Origin: Paragordius varius
Lineage: Eukaryota; Animalia; Nematomorpha
Assembly (NCBI GenBank): GCA_964247055.1
Contig: OZ176060.1
Location: forward strand, 806,001-870,000
DNA: 64,000 bases
Direction of reading: 5' to 3'
The first letter of the stretch is position 1. Every line of letters starts with the position of its first letter. A program made the translations under genes and the position numbers. Shown here in pieces: positions 12,339-41,929 of this stretch. Below the pieces are notes generated by a model. It was given only the letters and a program-made list of their open reading frames with translations, had not been told where the DNA came from and did not search any database.

Positions 12339-14127
12339 GACCTGCCATCTTATAAGGACACATAAACACATATGTCATATATTTTCATTTTAATCTTAAA
12401 ATTTAAAAAACAAACATTTTTAAAAAATGTAGCACAAACAAACCAAACGCACCTGTAAAATAAAACGTCGTCAGCTGTTTTAGTGGCGGCGTGAGTGGCG
12501 TCAACAGCTGATTTATACTCTGGCCCTCGGGCCACAAAAATGTTACAATCATCTCGCATTAAGAAACCAATCATTTCCAACGTTTTTATTGTCAATTCAT
12601 TCTTTTTCTTTGCACTTTCTGAGGAATCACCCAAAATAGCCACAACAGCTGATTTATTTTCCCGGCTAACATCTGGCACGTGTCTATGATCATATGGCCG
12701 CATGAGTGCATGCAATTGACTGACAGATGTTATTGCATTCACCCGATATGTCAGCTGTGCGTGAATGAATGCGCTTATTGCGCTGGCATCTCTTTGCCCG
12801 CGATATTCTCCACGGCCAGCGCCCAGCCTATAAATACGCCACGTTGGATACTTTGTAATACCAGCTGTGTCTCGAACAGCTGGAAACAGTTCCGCATTCA
12901 GGCGGGCAAACATGACTGTCCTCCGTGGTTCATTCATGTGATCACCTGATTTTGGGGAGGGAAAATATAGAATTCTAATTTATATTAAATAACAAATTAT
13001 TTTACTCATTAAATATTTTTAACAATTATTAGATAATCTATTATTAATATAAAATTTTTATTTTGAGGATTTCATTAAATAATTTTAAATATTTTATTTT
13101 TAACAAAAACATGACTGTCCGCCGTGGTTCATTCATGTGATCACCTGTTTTTAGGGAAATTTATGAAAAAAAAATATATATATATTTTAGATATTTTTTA
13201 AAAATTTTATTATTTTTTGATAAATTTTATAATTTATTTTGAGGATTTCATTAAATTTAAATTATTAATATGCTTTTATTTTTAACAAAAACATGACTGT
13301 CCGCCGTGATTCATTCATGTGATCACCTGTTTTAAGAAGGGAAGGAAAATTTATAGAAAATATGTAAATATATATTAAATAATTTTTTTAAATTTATATA
13401 TTATTTATAATTTTATAATTAAAAAAAGTTGATTAAACTACTTAACTAATAAATATTATTTTTAATTTTTAACAAAAACATGACTGTCCTCCGTGGTTCA
13501 TTCATGTAATCACCTGATTTTAAAAAGGGATTATATATATATATATATTATAAATTATATTAAATAACAAATATTCATAAAAATTTTTAACAATTATTAG
13601 ATAAACTATTATTGATATAATATTTTTATTTTAAATTTTTAAATATTTGAAATTTTATTATTTTTAGATCTTAATTAACTGTCCGACGTGGTTCATTCAT
13701 GTAATCACTGATGAAGGGAAATCAATTGAAATGTTTTATTATAAATTAATTCAGTTATATTTTCAATTTATACATATATATAATAATGAGATTGAATATA
13801 TTTTTAAAAATTTTAAACTAATAAATGTTTTGTTTTATATTTTAATTTTTTAATAAAAATTGGTTTCATTCACGTGATCACCTGTTTTTTGATCATAAAA
13901 ATAAATATATATATATATATATATATATTTATAATAATAATATTTAAAGGTAGTTAATTATAAATTTTCTTATTTTAATAGCTGATAATAAAAGGAATAA
14001 ATCTATTTAATATTTTAGTTCATACACTGATCACCTGTTTATATACATATAAATAATTATAAATTATATTAAATCTAAATTATACAAATATATACAAAAG
14101 AATTTATATATTAATTATATATATATA

Positions 14128-14158
<31 letters not shown>

Positions 14159-16169
14159 CATAAAATTTAAAGGTAGTTAATTATAGATTTTCTTTTATTG
14201 ACTGATAATAAAATAATTTTATTCCATATTTCAGTTCATTCACCTGGTCACCTATTTTTCCCGGGAAAAATATAAATAAAATAAAATAAAACAAAATAAA
14301 AATTTCATTTATATAATTAACATTTTTTTATTGTCATTTTAAGCATTAAATCATTACATCACCTGATTTTAAGGAAATAAGGATAAATTGATACAAAATT
14401 ATATATTCGTTAAGTTTTTAATTTAAATTTTGGCCGCTAAACAAATTTTTCATTTATTAAAATCAATTTAAATAAAACTGTTGAAATGATAATTTAAACA
14501 AATTAAATGTTGTTCTGTAATCACCTGTTTTTGAGGAAAAATAAAATAATAATATAAACAAAAATCCTTTAATTTTAAACAAATTTAATGAGGTTCATTC
14601 ACGTAATCACCTGTTTTAAAGAATAAATAGTCATAAATGAAATGATTATTTTAAGCAAATTGAATGTTGTTCATTCATGTAATCACCTGTTTTTGATTTA
14701 AAAAATAAATAGACAAATCCTAAAATGATTATTTTTAACAAATTAAATGTTGTTAATCATGTAATCACCTGATTTTGTAGGGGGATTATTTCAAAAATAT
14801 AACCATAAATCATGTAATAAATAAATATTATAAGAGAATTAAAATGGTTATTTAGAGAATTTTTTTAAAAAAAAATTTAATATATAATTAATCAATTCAA
14901 ATTTAGCCCACCTTGAATAATAAATTATGTATTTTTAAACTATAATATAACTCCTTATTAATAAGAAATACATCTTTATTGAGTATAGTTTATTATTTTT
15001 CTAGTTATATATATATGATAATTTAAAATTAAATTATTTAATTTTTTGAAATAATATTTAAAAATATAGCTAATTTATTATTTAAGGGTAAACAGCTGAT
15101 TTATCAAAAGAGGAAATTTTTCAAATGAGGAATTAAATAAAAAAGATTAAAATTGATTCAAAACGTAAAAACAGCTGATCTATTAGAAAAAATATGAAAA
15201 CTACCAATTTTATTAACTAGATATTAATTAATTATCTAAAACATCCATTCATTTTTAAAAATTCAAATCAACATCAAAATTTCAAACCAATGTATAATTT
15301 AATGAAAACAGCTGATCATATTTTTAAAAAAGCTACCAATCTTATTGATTAGGTAAAAAATATTTTATAATTTTAACCACATTAAAATAAAGCTTTAAAA
15401 TTTTAAATGTCATCAATTGATAACAGCTAATTTTTTTAACAAAAATTAATATAAAAACAGGTGATATGTTTTTTTAAAAAAACAGCCAACTATTTATGTT
15501 TTTTTTGTTAAATATGTTTAAAATTTAAAAAAACATTTCATAGAAAAAGTTAAAAAGACTAAACCAGCTGATTTAAGACATGTGTTTATTTTATTCCACA
15601 TTACTTAAAACCCAAATAAAAATAATTTTTTATATATAAAAATGTTTGTTTACCAGCTGATTTTATGCTTTTTATACAATATTTCTTCAAAAAATTAATT
15701 AACACAAAAATAAATTTACTTTTATAAATTTTAGTTGAAATATAAAACTTTATTTGCATAAAATATATTAATTTACCAGCTTATTTTATCAAAAAATAAC
15801 TTTTAAAAAAACAATTATTGCCAGGTGATTTTATATTTTAAACAATTATTAACTTTAAAAATAAAATATTTAACAGCTGATTTTATATTTTTAACAAATA
15901 ATAATTTTTAGAATACCGGCTGATAATATATTTTTGACAAAAATAAACTCAGAAAATAAATTTTAATAAATTATTACCAGCTGATTTTATAATTTCCGCC
16001 TCCTTTTGGAGTTTGTCCACCAGCTGTTTCCATGCTTCCGTGAAAATGGGATTTGACATTTGACTAAAAGGGCACCAATCGGCATAAAAATTTACGAAAA
16101 CTAAATCGTAACCTTTTATGGTTCGGTTAAAAGTTTCATCTGTTAACTCTTCCGGTTCGGAGGGAAAAT
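11546..16169 (-). CDS. ERP44: ERp44 (ER-resident thioredoxin-domain protein 44); confident part = join(16169..15978, 12945..12453, 12290..11546)
   Basis: Hand translation gives VFVNFYADWCPFSQM (family motif VNFYADWCRFSQM), ITKYPT...EYRGQR, EITRENAEELTE..P.LILF, HPLHH.GKT.ADLPLIAIDSF.HM and a C-terminal S.F.KLKPS..RYS.L...RDEL. All introns are GT-AG with matching phases. Confidence 0.93.
12453..12945 (-). CDS. ERP44: ERp44 exon (end of a domain and b domain)
   Basis: Acceptor aaatcag|GTGATCAC, donor TACAG|gtgcgt; 493 nt, phase 1 to phase 2; same frame as ORF 12350..12937. Confidence 0.9.
13108..14775 (-). repeat. Tandem degenerate echoes of the ERp44 acceptor and exon start (cag|GTGATCACATGAATGAACCACGG..GACAGTCATG)
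   Basis: Near-complete copies at ~13110, 13292, 13479 and 13678; progressively shorter copies to ~14770. Confidence 0.9.
15085..15975 (-). repeat. Degenerate echoes of the ERp44 exon end and donor (AAAATCAGCTG|gtaa)
   Basis: On +, copies of the ttaccagctgatttt type at ~15560, 15650, 15772, 15818, 15870 and 15915, decaying away from the exon. Confidence 0.65.
15978..16169 (-). CDS. ERP44: ERp44 exon carrying the thioredoxin a-domain motif WCPFS
   Basis: Not in the ORF track. 192 nt between aaacag| and |gtaata; reads FPSEPEELTDETFNRTIKGYDLVFVNFYADWCPFSQMSNPIFTEAWKQLVDKLQKEAEIIKSA(G). Confidence 0.92.
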
Positions 16170-16526
16170 CTGTTTTATTTAGAAAAAATTAAAATTTCAA
16201 ATAAAATATTATTTAATTAATATAGTTTGAAAATATCAAAAATATATAAATAATATTTTAATATAAAATTTTAAATAACATTTTGTAAATAAATAAAAAA
16301 ATTTATAAATCATAAGGAAAACTATCTATTAAAAATTATTTTAACCAAAAATTTATTTTTTTTTAAATAAATTTTAAATTTAAATAAAAAATTATTTAAA
16401 CTATAAAAAAAGAAAGTGTGTATAACTTTTTAAAATAATATCAAAACAATTTAAAAAATATATATTTAGTATTTTAATATAAGTTTTTTAAAAAATTTAA
16501 TAAAAATCAAAATATTAAAAATATTA

Positions 16527-17292
16527 AAAGTTCATCTGTTAACTCTGCAGGTTCGGACGGAAAATCTAAAAATATGAATTTAAGTATTTTAAATGAAAAA
16601 TTATTTTTAAAAAATTAAAAAATAATTTAAAATATATTTAAAAAAGTTTGAAATTTTAAAAAAAATATTATAAAAAGTTTTAAATTTAATAAAAAATCAT
16701 ATCAGTTAATTAATTAATAAGTTAGAAATAAAAATTTTTAATTTATAAAAAAACATCTTTTAATAAATGTTTCATCTTTTAATAAAATATGAATTAAAAA
16801 AAATTAAATCAATATAAATTATTTTTTTCAAAAAAAAATTAAGTAATATTTAAAAAAAAATATAAAAATTATTTAAAATAGAATAAATTTAAACTTAATA
16901 TATTTAAAAATTAAAAGTTTCATCTGTTAACTCTAAGGGTTCGGACGGGAAATCTAACATAAAATTTATGAAAAATATAAAAAATTTAAATTTTAAATAA
17001 ATTTTTAACTAATTTATAAAATTTTAAATATTAAAAAAAAGTTTAATTGTAAATTCTACTAAATAATAACAAAATTAACTTTAAAAGGTAAAAAAAGTGT
17101 TATAAAAAAGTTTTACAATGTATAATTTTAAATTTATTAAAAATAATTTATTATATTAAAATAAATTTAAAAAAAATTTATAAAAAATTTCAAAGTTGTA
17201 AAATTTATATAATAAATTATTAGTTTTTAATAAAAAAATTTAATTTTAAAAATAAATTTTTAAAAAAATCATCTGTTAACTCTTGTGGTTAA
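16527..17292 (-). repeat. Echoes of the acceptor and first ~40 nt of ERp44 exon 16169-15978
   Basis: ttcatctgttaactct..ggttcgga.ggaaaatct copies at ~16527-16568, 16916-16955 and a partial at 17268-17292. Confidence 0.85.
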
Positions 17293-17799
17293 AATTTTTT
17301 TTCTATATAAAATCAAATAAAAAAATGTTAAAAATGAAAAAATAATAAATTTTCAAAAAAATGTTTAAAATTGTAATTATTTAATTTAATAAAGTTTAAA
17401 AAATATTATTATTTAAAAAATTTTAAAATTTTTAAAACAAATCTTTTATGATAAAAAAATTTAATTTACACTTTATAAAAATTACAATAAAATTATGCGA
17501 ATTCAATCAATTATTAATTTTTGTTTTAATTCATAAAAAAGTAAAAAATATTTTATTAAATTATTAAAAAATTATTTATTATACAAAAAAATATAATAAA
17601 TATATATATATATATATATATTAAAAATTTTTATAGATAATAAAAATATTTTTAAAATTTTTAAATAAAAAAAAATACAAAAACATACATTTACGGCGTG
17701 AACAAAACATTAATATTTTAATATAAGTTTTTTTAATAAATTTACATGTTAAACATGGTTTCATTATTATATATATATATATATATATGTATGTATATA

Positions 17800-20520
17800 A
17801 GCGCAGACGATATTAAATTTAGCTATAAAAAGGGCAGACGATTTATATATATGACAGCAGACGATATTAAATTTTTACCATACGATTTGTACTATAGGAG
17901 CAGACGATATTTATTTATATATAAATGGTACAGACGATAAGTTAGATGATATTAATCTATAAAAATGGCAGGCGATTATTAAATGACTATAAAAAGCAGA
18001 CGATATTAGTTTTGAGTAAAAGCAGACGATATTAATTGTGAGTTCAAAAAGAGACTATATTAAAGGCTATAAAAAGGGCAGACGATTTATATATGGCAGC
18101 AGACTGTATTAATCATGACTATAATAAGCAAACGATTTGTGTTATAACACAGACGATATAAATTTTAAAAGACTAGCAGACGATATTAAATTTGGCTATA
18201 AAAAGGGCAGATGATTGGTATATATATATATATATATATGGCAGCAGACTTTATTAATTTTGACTGTAAAAAGAGCAGACTACTTTTTTCAAAAATATAT
18301 ATATAGAGAGCAGCAGACGATATTATATTTTGACTATAATCAAACAGTTGATATTAAAGAAGCAGACGATATAAACTATGATTATAAGGGCAGCAGACGA
18401 TATTAATTTTGAGAAGAAAAAGCAGACAATCTATAGAAGCAGACGATTTTTATACTATAAAAAGGGCAGACAACATAAAAAGAAACTATTTGTGTTAATG
18501 AAGCAGACGATTTTTAATTTTACCATTAGGAAAGCAGATGACTTGTAAAACAACAACAGACGATAATTATAGATAAAGACTGGGAAAAAGCAGACCACAT
18601 TTATATGATTTTAAACAAAAAAATTAAATCAAACAAAAGCAGACGATATTGAACTTAAAATGGCAGACGATTAAATGAATTTGAAAAGGCAGACGATAAA
18701 ATCTAATGACAAACCACTCGGTAATAACTGTCGACAAAGCAGACTATAATTAACTTAAAATCCAAAAGCAGAAGATTTAAACCAAATGAAAAGGCAGACG
18801 ATATTAATTTTATATATGCTAAAGGCAGATGACAAAAAATTTAAAATCTTAAAGCAGACTATTAAATGACATCAAAAGGCAAACAATAATAAATTTAAAT
18901 GACAAACCGACCGCAGACGATAATAATTAAAATCCAAAAGCAGACGATAAGATGAATCTGAAAGGCTACAATAAATTTAAATGACAAACCGCAGACGATA
19001 ATAATTAAACAAAAGCAGACGATTAAAACCAAATAAAAATGCAGACTATGATAATTTAATATCAAGCGGACGACAATAATTTAAAATCCTAAAGCAGACG
19101 ATTAAATGAAAAATGGCAGTCAAATATTTGTATCATAAGGCAGACGACATTAAAAATAAAATCCTAAGGCAGACGATTAAATCGTTCTGAAGGGCAAACG
19201 ATAATAAATAGAAATGACAAACCGCAGATGACAAAATTTTATATTATAAAGGCATAAATTATATTTTAATGACAAAGCAGACGATATTCAATTTAAAATT
19301 ATCATTTAAATAAATCACGTTGAAAGGGCAGACGATACGTTAAATAAAAAGACGATATTATTAGAAAGTATACGCAGCAGACGATTAAAATAAATATAAT
19401 ACAATAAAATCATAATCATATATATAAATGATATCATTAGAATGTATACGCAGCAGACGATTAAAATAATTTTCAAATGACAATAATTTAAAATCATCAT
19501 ATATATAAATGATGTTAGGCAGACGATATTAAATTCAAATAAAAAAGCAGACGATATTATTAGAAAGAATACGCAGACGATATATATATTAAGCTTCAAA
19601 TGACAATAATTTAAAATCATTATATATATAAATAATGTTGAAAGGCAGACGATATTCAAATAAAAAAGCAGACGATATTATTAGAAAGAATACGCAGCAG
19701 ACGATATATATTAAGCTTCAAATGACAATAATTAAAATCATCAATCATATATAAACTATGTAGATCGGGCAGACGATATGGTTAAAATACCAAAGCGCAG
19801 ACGATATTATTAGAAACAATATGCAGCAGACGATTAAATGGATTTCAAAGACAATAATTTAAAATCATTAATCATAAATAAATGCAAAAAGGGCAGACGA
19901 TACGTTAAAACAAAGCGCAGACGATTTTATAAAAAGAATACGTAGCAGACGATTTTTTAAAAAGAATACGTAGCAGACGATATCATTAGATAGAATATGC
20001 AGCAGACGATATCATTAGATAGAATATGCAGACGATTTTATAAAAAGAATACGTAGCAGACGATATTAAATTCAAATAAAAAAGCAGACGATACATTAAA
20101 AAAAATACGCAGATGATATTATTAGAGAGAATATGCAGACGATAATTTTAGAGAGAATATGCAGACGATTTTATAAAAAGAATACGTAGCAGACGATTTT
20201 ATAAAAAGAATACATAGCAGACGATATTAAATTCAAATAAAAAAGCAGACGATATCATTTTGGAGAATACGCAACAGACGATTTTATTACGTAGCAGACG
20301 ATATTATTGGAAAGAAACGCAGCAGACAATTTTATAAAAAGAATACGTAGCAGACGATATTATTAGGAGAATACGCAGCAGACGACATTAAATTTAAAAA
20401 AAAAGCAGACGATATCATTAGAAAAAATACGTAGCAGACGATATCTTTTTAAAAGAATAAGCAGCAGACGATAATATTAGAGAATACGTAGCAGACGATT
20501 AAATTAATTTTCGAGAGGGC
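17800..20520 (+). repeat. Polar GCAGACGA(T) array 3
   Basis: On the order of 80 copies, ~25-40 bp period, one orientation, in three sub-blocks with different linkers. Confidence 0.92.
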
Positions 20521-20669
20521 AGATATTAAAAACTGATACATGATTTTATCGTATTTTTTTTTAAAAAAAATTTTAAATAAAAAATTATTAAAAAACTAAA
20601 TTTAAAATTAAAACAATTTTAAATAATTTGAAATAAAAATTTAAAAAATTAATTTTATATAAAAATCAG

Positions 20670-20703
<34 letters not shown>

Positions 20704-22142
20704 ATAAAAATAAAAAAATAAAATTATTACATTTAAAAAATTAATTAAATAAAAATAAAATTAATAAATTTCAAACTTTAAAATAAAAAAAATTTAATAA
20801 AAATAAATTAAATAAAATTTTTATTTAAAATTAGATTAAAGCTAAAAAGTAAATTAAAAAAAAATTATTAATAAATTTAAAAATTAACTAAATTTAATAA
20901 TAAAGTTTATTTAAAAAAAATAAAAATTTATTAATAAAATAAAAAAATTAAATTAAAAATAATTTTTGAAAACTAAATTAAAAATTTCATTTTTTAACAT
21001 AAAAAATTGAAATTATAAAAAATTAAATTAAAATTATTAAAATAATTAATTAAATTAAAAAATAATTTTAAATAAATTAATATTTATCGATAAAATTTTA
21101 AAATATGAATTATTTTTTGATTTTTTAAAAAAAATTAAAGTAAAAAAATAAATTTTATTTAATTCTAAAATTTACAAAAAAAATATTTTATTATATCCTA
21201 AAAAAATTACGAAAAGATTTACTAAATATATAAAACTAATTTCATATAAATAAATAATTTTTAATAATTTTATATTATTATAAAATAATTATCTAAAAAA
21301 CTAATTTTAATAATATAACAATAAATAAAATTAAACTAGACTAAATAATTTAAATAATTTTAAAACTCAATTTTTTAAACAAAATAAAAATTTGAAATTA
21401 ATAAAAATTTAAATAAATACATTATTAATAATTTTTTAAAACATAAGATTTTAATCTAAAAAAATTAAATAATTTTTCAAAAACTTACAAATTTTAAAAT
21501 TAAAAAAAAAAACTAAATTTATAACATCAAAAGTAAAAAAAATTAAATTAATATTAATTTTTATAATTTTTTAAAACTTAATTTAAAATTTAAAAACTAT
21601 AAATATTAAATTAAAAATATAAATAAGTTTTAAAATTTTTATAATTTTAAATTTATAAAATTTAAAGCTTAAAAAATTAAAATCACAATAAATTGATATT
21701 AATTTTTAAAAATTGTTTAATTTTATGATAATTTTATATAAATTATTTATTAGAATAATTTAAATAACTAATGTAATTTTTTAAAACTATAAATATTAAA
21801 TTAAAATTATAAAATAAGTTTTATAATTTTAATTTCTCAAATCTTTATAAAACTCATTTAAACTTAAAAAAATTAAATAGTTTTCAAAACTAATAAAATT
21901 TAAAAATTAAAAATAATTTAACTAATTTTTATATTTTTAAAACCAAAAATATTAAATTAAAAATATGAAATAAGTTTTATATTTTAAATTTTTAAAATTT
22001 AAAACAAAAATTTATAGATTTTGAAAATTTAAAATCTAAAATAAAACTAATTATAATAATTTTTATAATTTTTAACAATTAATAAAATTTTAAACAAAAA
22101 TTTATAGATTTTGAAAATTTCAAAACTAAAATAAATTTATAC

Positions 22143-22536
22143 TTTGAAAACTTTGGGGTGAATTTAAATTTTTTTCTTTTTCTTGATGATTTAAATTTTG
22201 TTGAGAATTTTGGTTTTTACTTTGTTGTGAAACAATGTTGCTTTCAATCCGATTATTTATTAAATTTTCTTTATGATTTAATTGCGGAGTTAAAAAACCA
22301 CCATCTTTAGAATCAAAAACTTCATTTGAATTTAAATTCTGTTCTTGATTAACATTTTGATTCAAATTTTGATCTTGTTTCGGAGTTATAAAACCACCAT
22401 CTTTGGAATCAAAAACTACATTTGAATTCTGTTCTTGAACATTTTGTTGATAATTTCCTGAAACATAAAAATAAAAAGTTGCTAAAAAATAAATTTGCCA
22501 AAAAAGTGAATTTGAGGTGAAAAATAAAATTTCCAT
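22143..22536 (-). CDS. ERP44: Candidate ERp44 first exon: signal-peptide-like N-terminus plus Q/N-rich region with a duplicated VFDSKDGGF motif
   Basis: ORF 22126..22536 begins MEILFFTSNSLFWQIYFLATFYFYVSG (hydrophobic core, V-S-G cleavage-like). Phase-1 donor CAA A|gtataa at 22142 is compatible with the exon at 16169, and a GC-richer leader lies at 22537-22580. Linkage to ERp44 is inference; it could belong to another transcript. Confidence 0.45.
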
Positions 22537-23302
22537 ATGAAGCCAACAGATGACGCGTTTGTGAATGTGTGGGAATTTTGAAAATATTTTTTAAAAAAAA
22601 AAGTTAAATTTATTTAAAGAATAAATATAAAAGTTTTTTAAAATAAAATAAAAGTAGTTAAATTTATATAAAATATAAATAATATTTAATTAAAAGACTT
22701 TATTTTAATTAAAATGATTTAAAATATTAAATTTATTATTATTTTTAAAATATAATAAAGGTAGTTAAATTTATATAAAACATAAATAATATTTAATTAA
22801 AAGACTTTATTTTAATTAAAATGATTTAAAATATTAAATTTATTATTATTTTTTAAAAAAATAAAAATAGTTAAAATGATTTAAAATAATATATAATTTT
22901 AAAATTAAATTTTTTTTTTGAATAAAAAATAACAAATTAATAATTGTTGTTTATAATTATATATATTTAATAAATTTATATTGTAATTTATAAAATAAAA
23001 ATATATATTTATATAATTTTTTAAATAAAAATAGTTAAAACATTTTTTTTGAATAATAAAAAATGATAAAAAATAATATATATTTTTTTTTCAAAATAGG
23101 ATTATTATTAATTTGTACATATTTAAATATAAAATATAATTATTTTTATAAAACAAAATTATTAAAAAAAATTATATAATAAAATATAAATGATATAATA
23201 TATTTTATAAAATAAAAATAATTTATATAATGTAATTATAAAATATAAAATTATATAATTTTATAAAATATATTAAATATAATTTAAATTTAATTTACAG
23301 TA

Positions 23303-23577
23303 AAAAAACTGAAATTTTACGGACATAAAATATAAAGACAAATTTTTTTTATAAAAGACAATTAAACTTTTTAAATCACGATTATATAAATATAACTGAT
23401 TATTTTACACAACAAAGTATAATTTTGAGATGATATTAGTAATATAATCAAATATATATTTTTTATTTTTAAAAATAAATCATTTATGAGAAAAAAATTT
23501 AAAAAAGGATAATTGTTGTTTAGAAAAAAAATTGTTTCTATATATTTTTACGTTTTGTCCGTATAATTTCAGTTTTT
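23303..23577. mobile_element. Possible MITE or fold-back with ~65 bp imperfect terminal inverted repeats
   Basis: Left arm aaaaactgaaattttacggacataaaa... versus right arm ...ttttgtccgtataatttcagttttt; no coding capacity; TSD not clear. Confidence 0.45.
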
Positions 23578-24179
23578 AAAAATATTTTTTATAAAACACT
23601 TTATTATAAATATTTTTTTAAACACTTTAATATTCAAAAAAAATTATATAATTTTTCTTATTATCTGCCTTTTATTTTATAAATTTTTTTAATCAATTTT
23701 TATTAAAAAAATATTTTTTAAATAAAAATATTTTTAAATAAAAATAGTTTAATTTATTTAAAAAATATATTATATTCAATTAAAACACTTTATTTTAATT
23801 AAAATAATTTAAAATATAAAATTTCTTATTTAAAATAATTTTTATTTAAAATATATATATAATTGAAAAATTTTAAATAAAAATTGTTAAATTTATTTAA
23901 AAAATAAATAAATATTTAATTAAAACACTTTAATATTCACAAAATTATGAGCTATTTCTTTCTTTTTATTTACTCTTTTTATTTTATTTTATATATTATT
24001 GAAAATACCATTTAAAAATAAATAAAAAAAAAATTTTTTAAATAAAAATTGTTTTTTTTTAAAAAAAAATACTTTTTATACATTTTTTTATTATAAATCA
24101 TGCTTTCTTTTTATTAACTCTTTTTATTTTATTCTATATATTATTGGAAATAAAAAGTTAAATACCATTTTTTTGTCTG

Positions 24180-24589
24180 TCTTAAGTAACATTTTAAGCA
24201 AAAACTTAACATTTTTTTAGCAAAATTAAATATTTTTTAACATTTTTTAAGTAAAATCAAATATTTTATTTTGAAATAAACGTAACATTTTAAGCAAAAA
24301 CAACATTTTTTAAAGCAATCTTAACATTTTTTAAAAAAACGCAACATTTTTTTTAGCAAAATCAAATGTTTTTTCAAGCAAACTCAACATTTTTCAAACA
24401 TATTCAAAAATTTTTTCAAGGAAAATTTTTATATCAAACACAATGGCAAAGGCTAATATATATGTTTAAAAGCAAGTGTTTTATACGAAAAATCAACTTT
24501 TTTTCCAAAAAAAAAGAAAGGTTTTGGAACCAAAATTAATTTTTTAAGGCAAACGTAACATATTTAAAGCAAAAACAATATTTGTTTAA

Positions 24590-24590
<1 letters not shown>
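24180..24590. repeat. Degenerate ~20-25 bp repeat (aacattttt(t)aagcaaaa) flanking the large satellite
   Basis: At least 10 imperfect copies seen. Confidence 0.65.
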
Positions 24591-41682
<17,092 letters not shown>

Positions 41683-41929
41683 CTATTTAGTTCTTAAATT
41701 TATTATTATTTATTTTTAAAATAATTATTTATATTTTTTTATTTATTTTTGTTAATTTGATTTTTCATTTTTAAATAACTATTTAGTTCATAAATTTATT
41801 ATTATTTAATTTAATATATTTTATTAATTATATTTTTATTTTACATATATTATCAATTTTAATGTAAAAATCAAATCATATGTTTTATTAAAAATGTCAA
41901 AAATTATTTTATTTATTCTTAAACCTAAA

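Noticed and set aside
12342-12348. Apparent 7 nt micro-exon (ag|ATGGCAG|gt) in the last ERp44 intron
   Set aside because: Inclusion would shift the frame; the direct 12453^12290 join gives the conserved FYRP sequence.
11578-12949. Overlapping ORFs 11578..11919(-), 11636..11818(+), 12495..12689(+), 12680..12949(+)
   Set aside because: They are shadow frames of the GC-richer ERp44 exons with no recognisable products.
17689-17764. Alternative ERp44 first exon MKPCLTCKFIKKTYIKILMFCSRRK with a strong gtatgt phase-1 donor
   Set aside because: It is phase-compatible but has no hydrophobic signal peptide, which an RDEL-bearing ER protein needs. Less likely than 22536-22143 but not excluded without RNA data.
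17746-19659. Short ORFs within GCAGACGA array 3
   Set aside because: They are repeat-derived (recurrent ADD/QT/RR words) with no splice or homology support.
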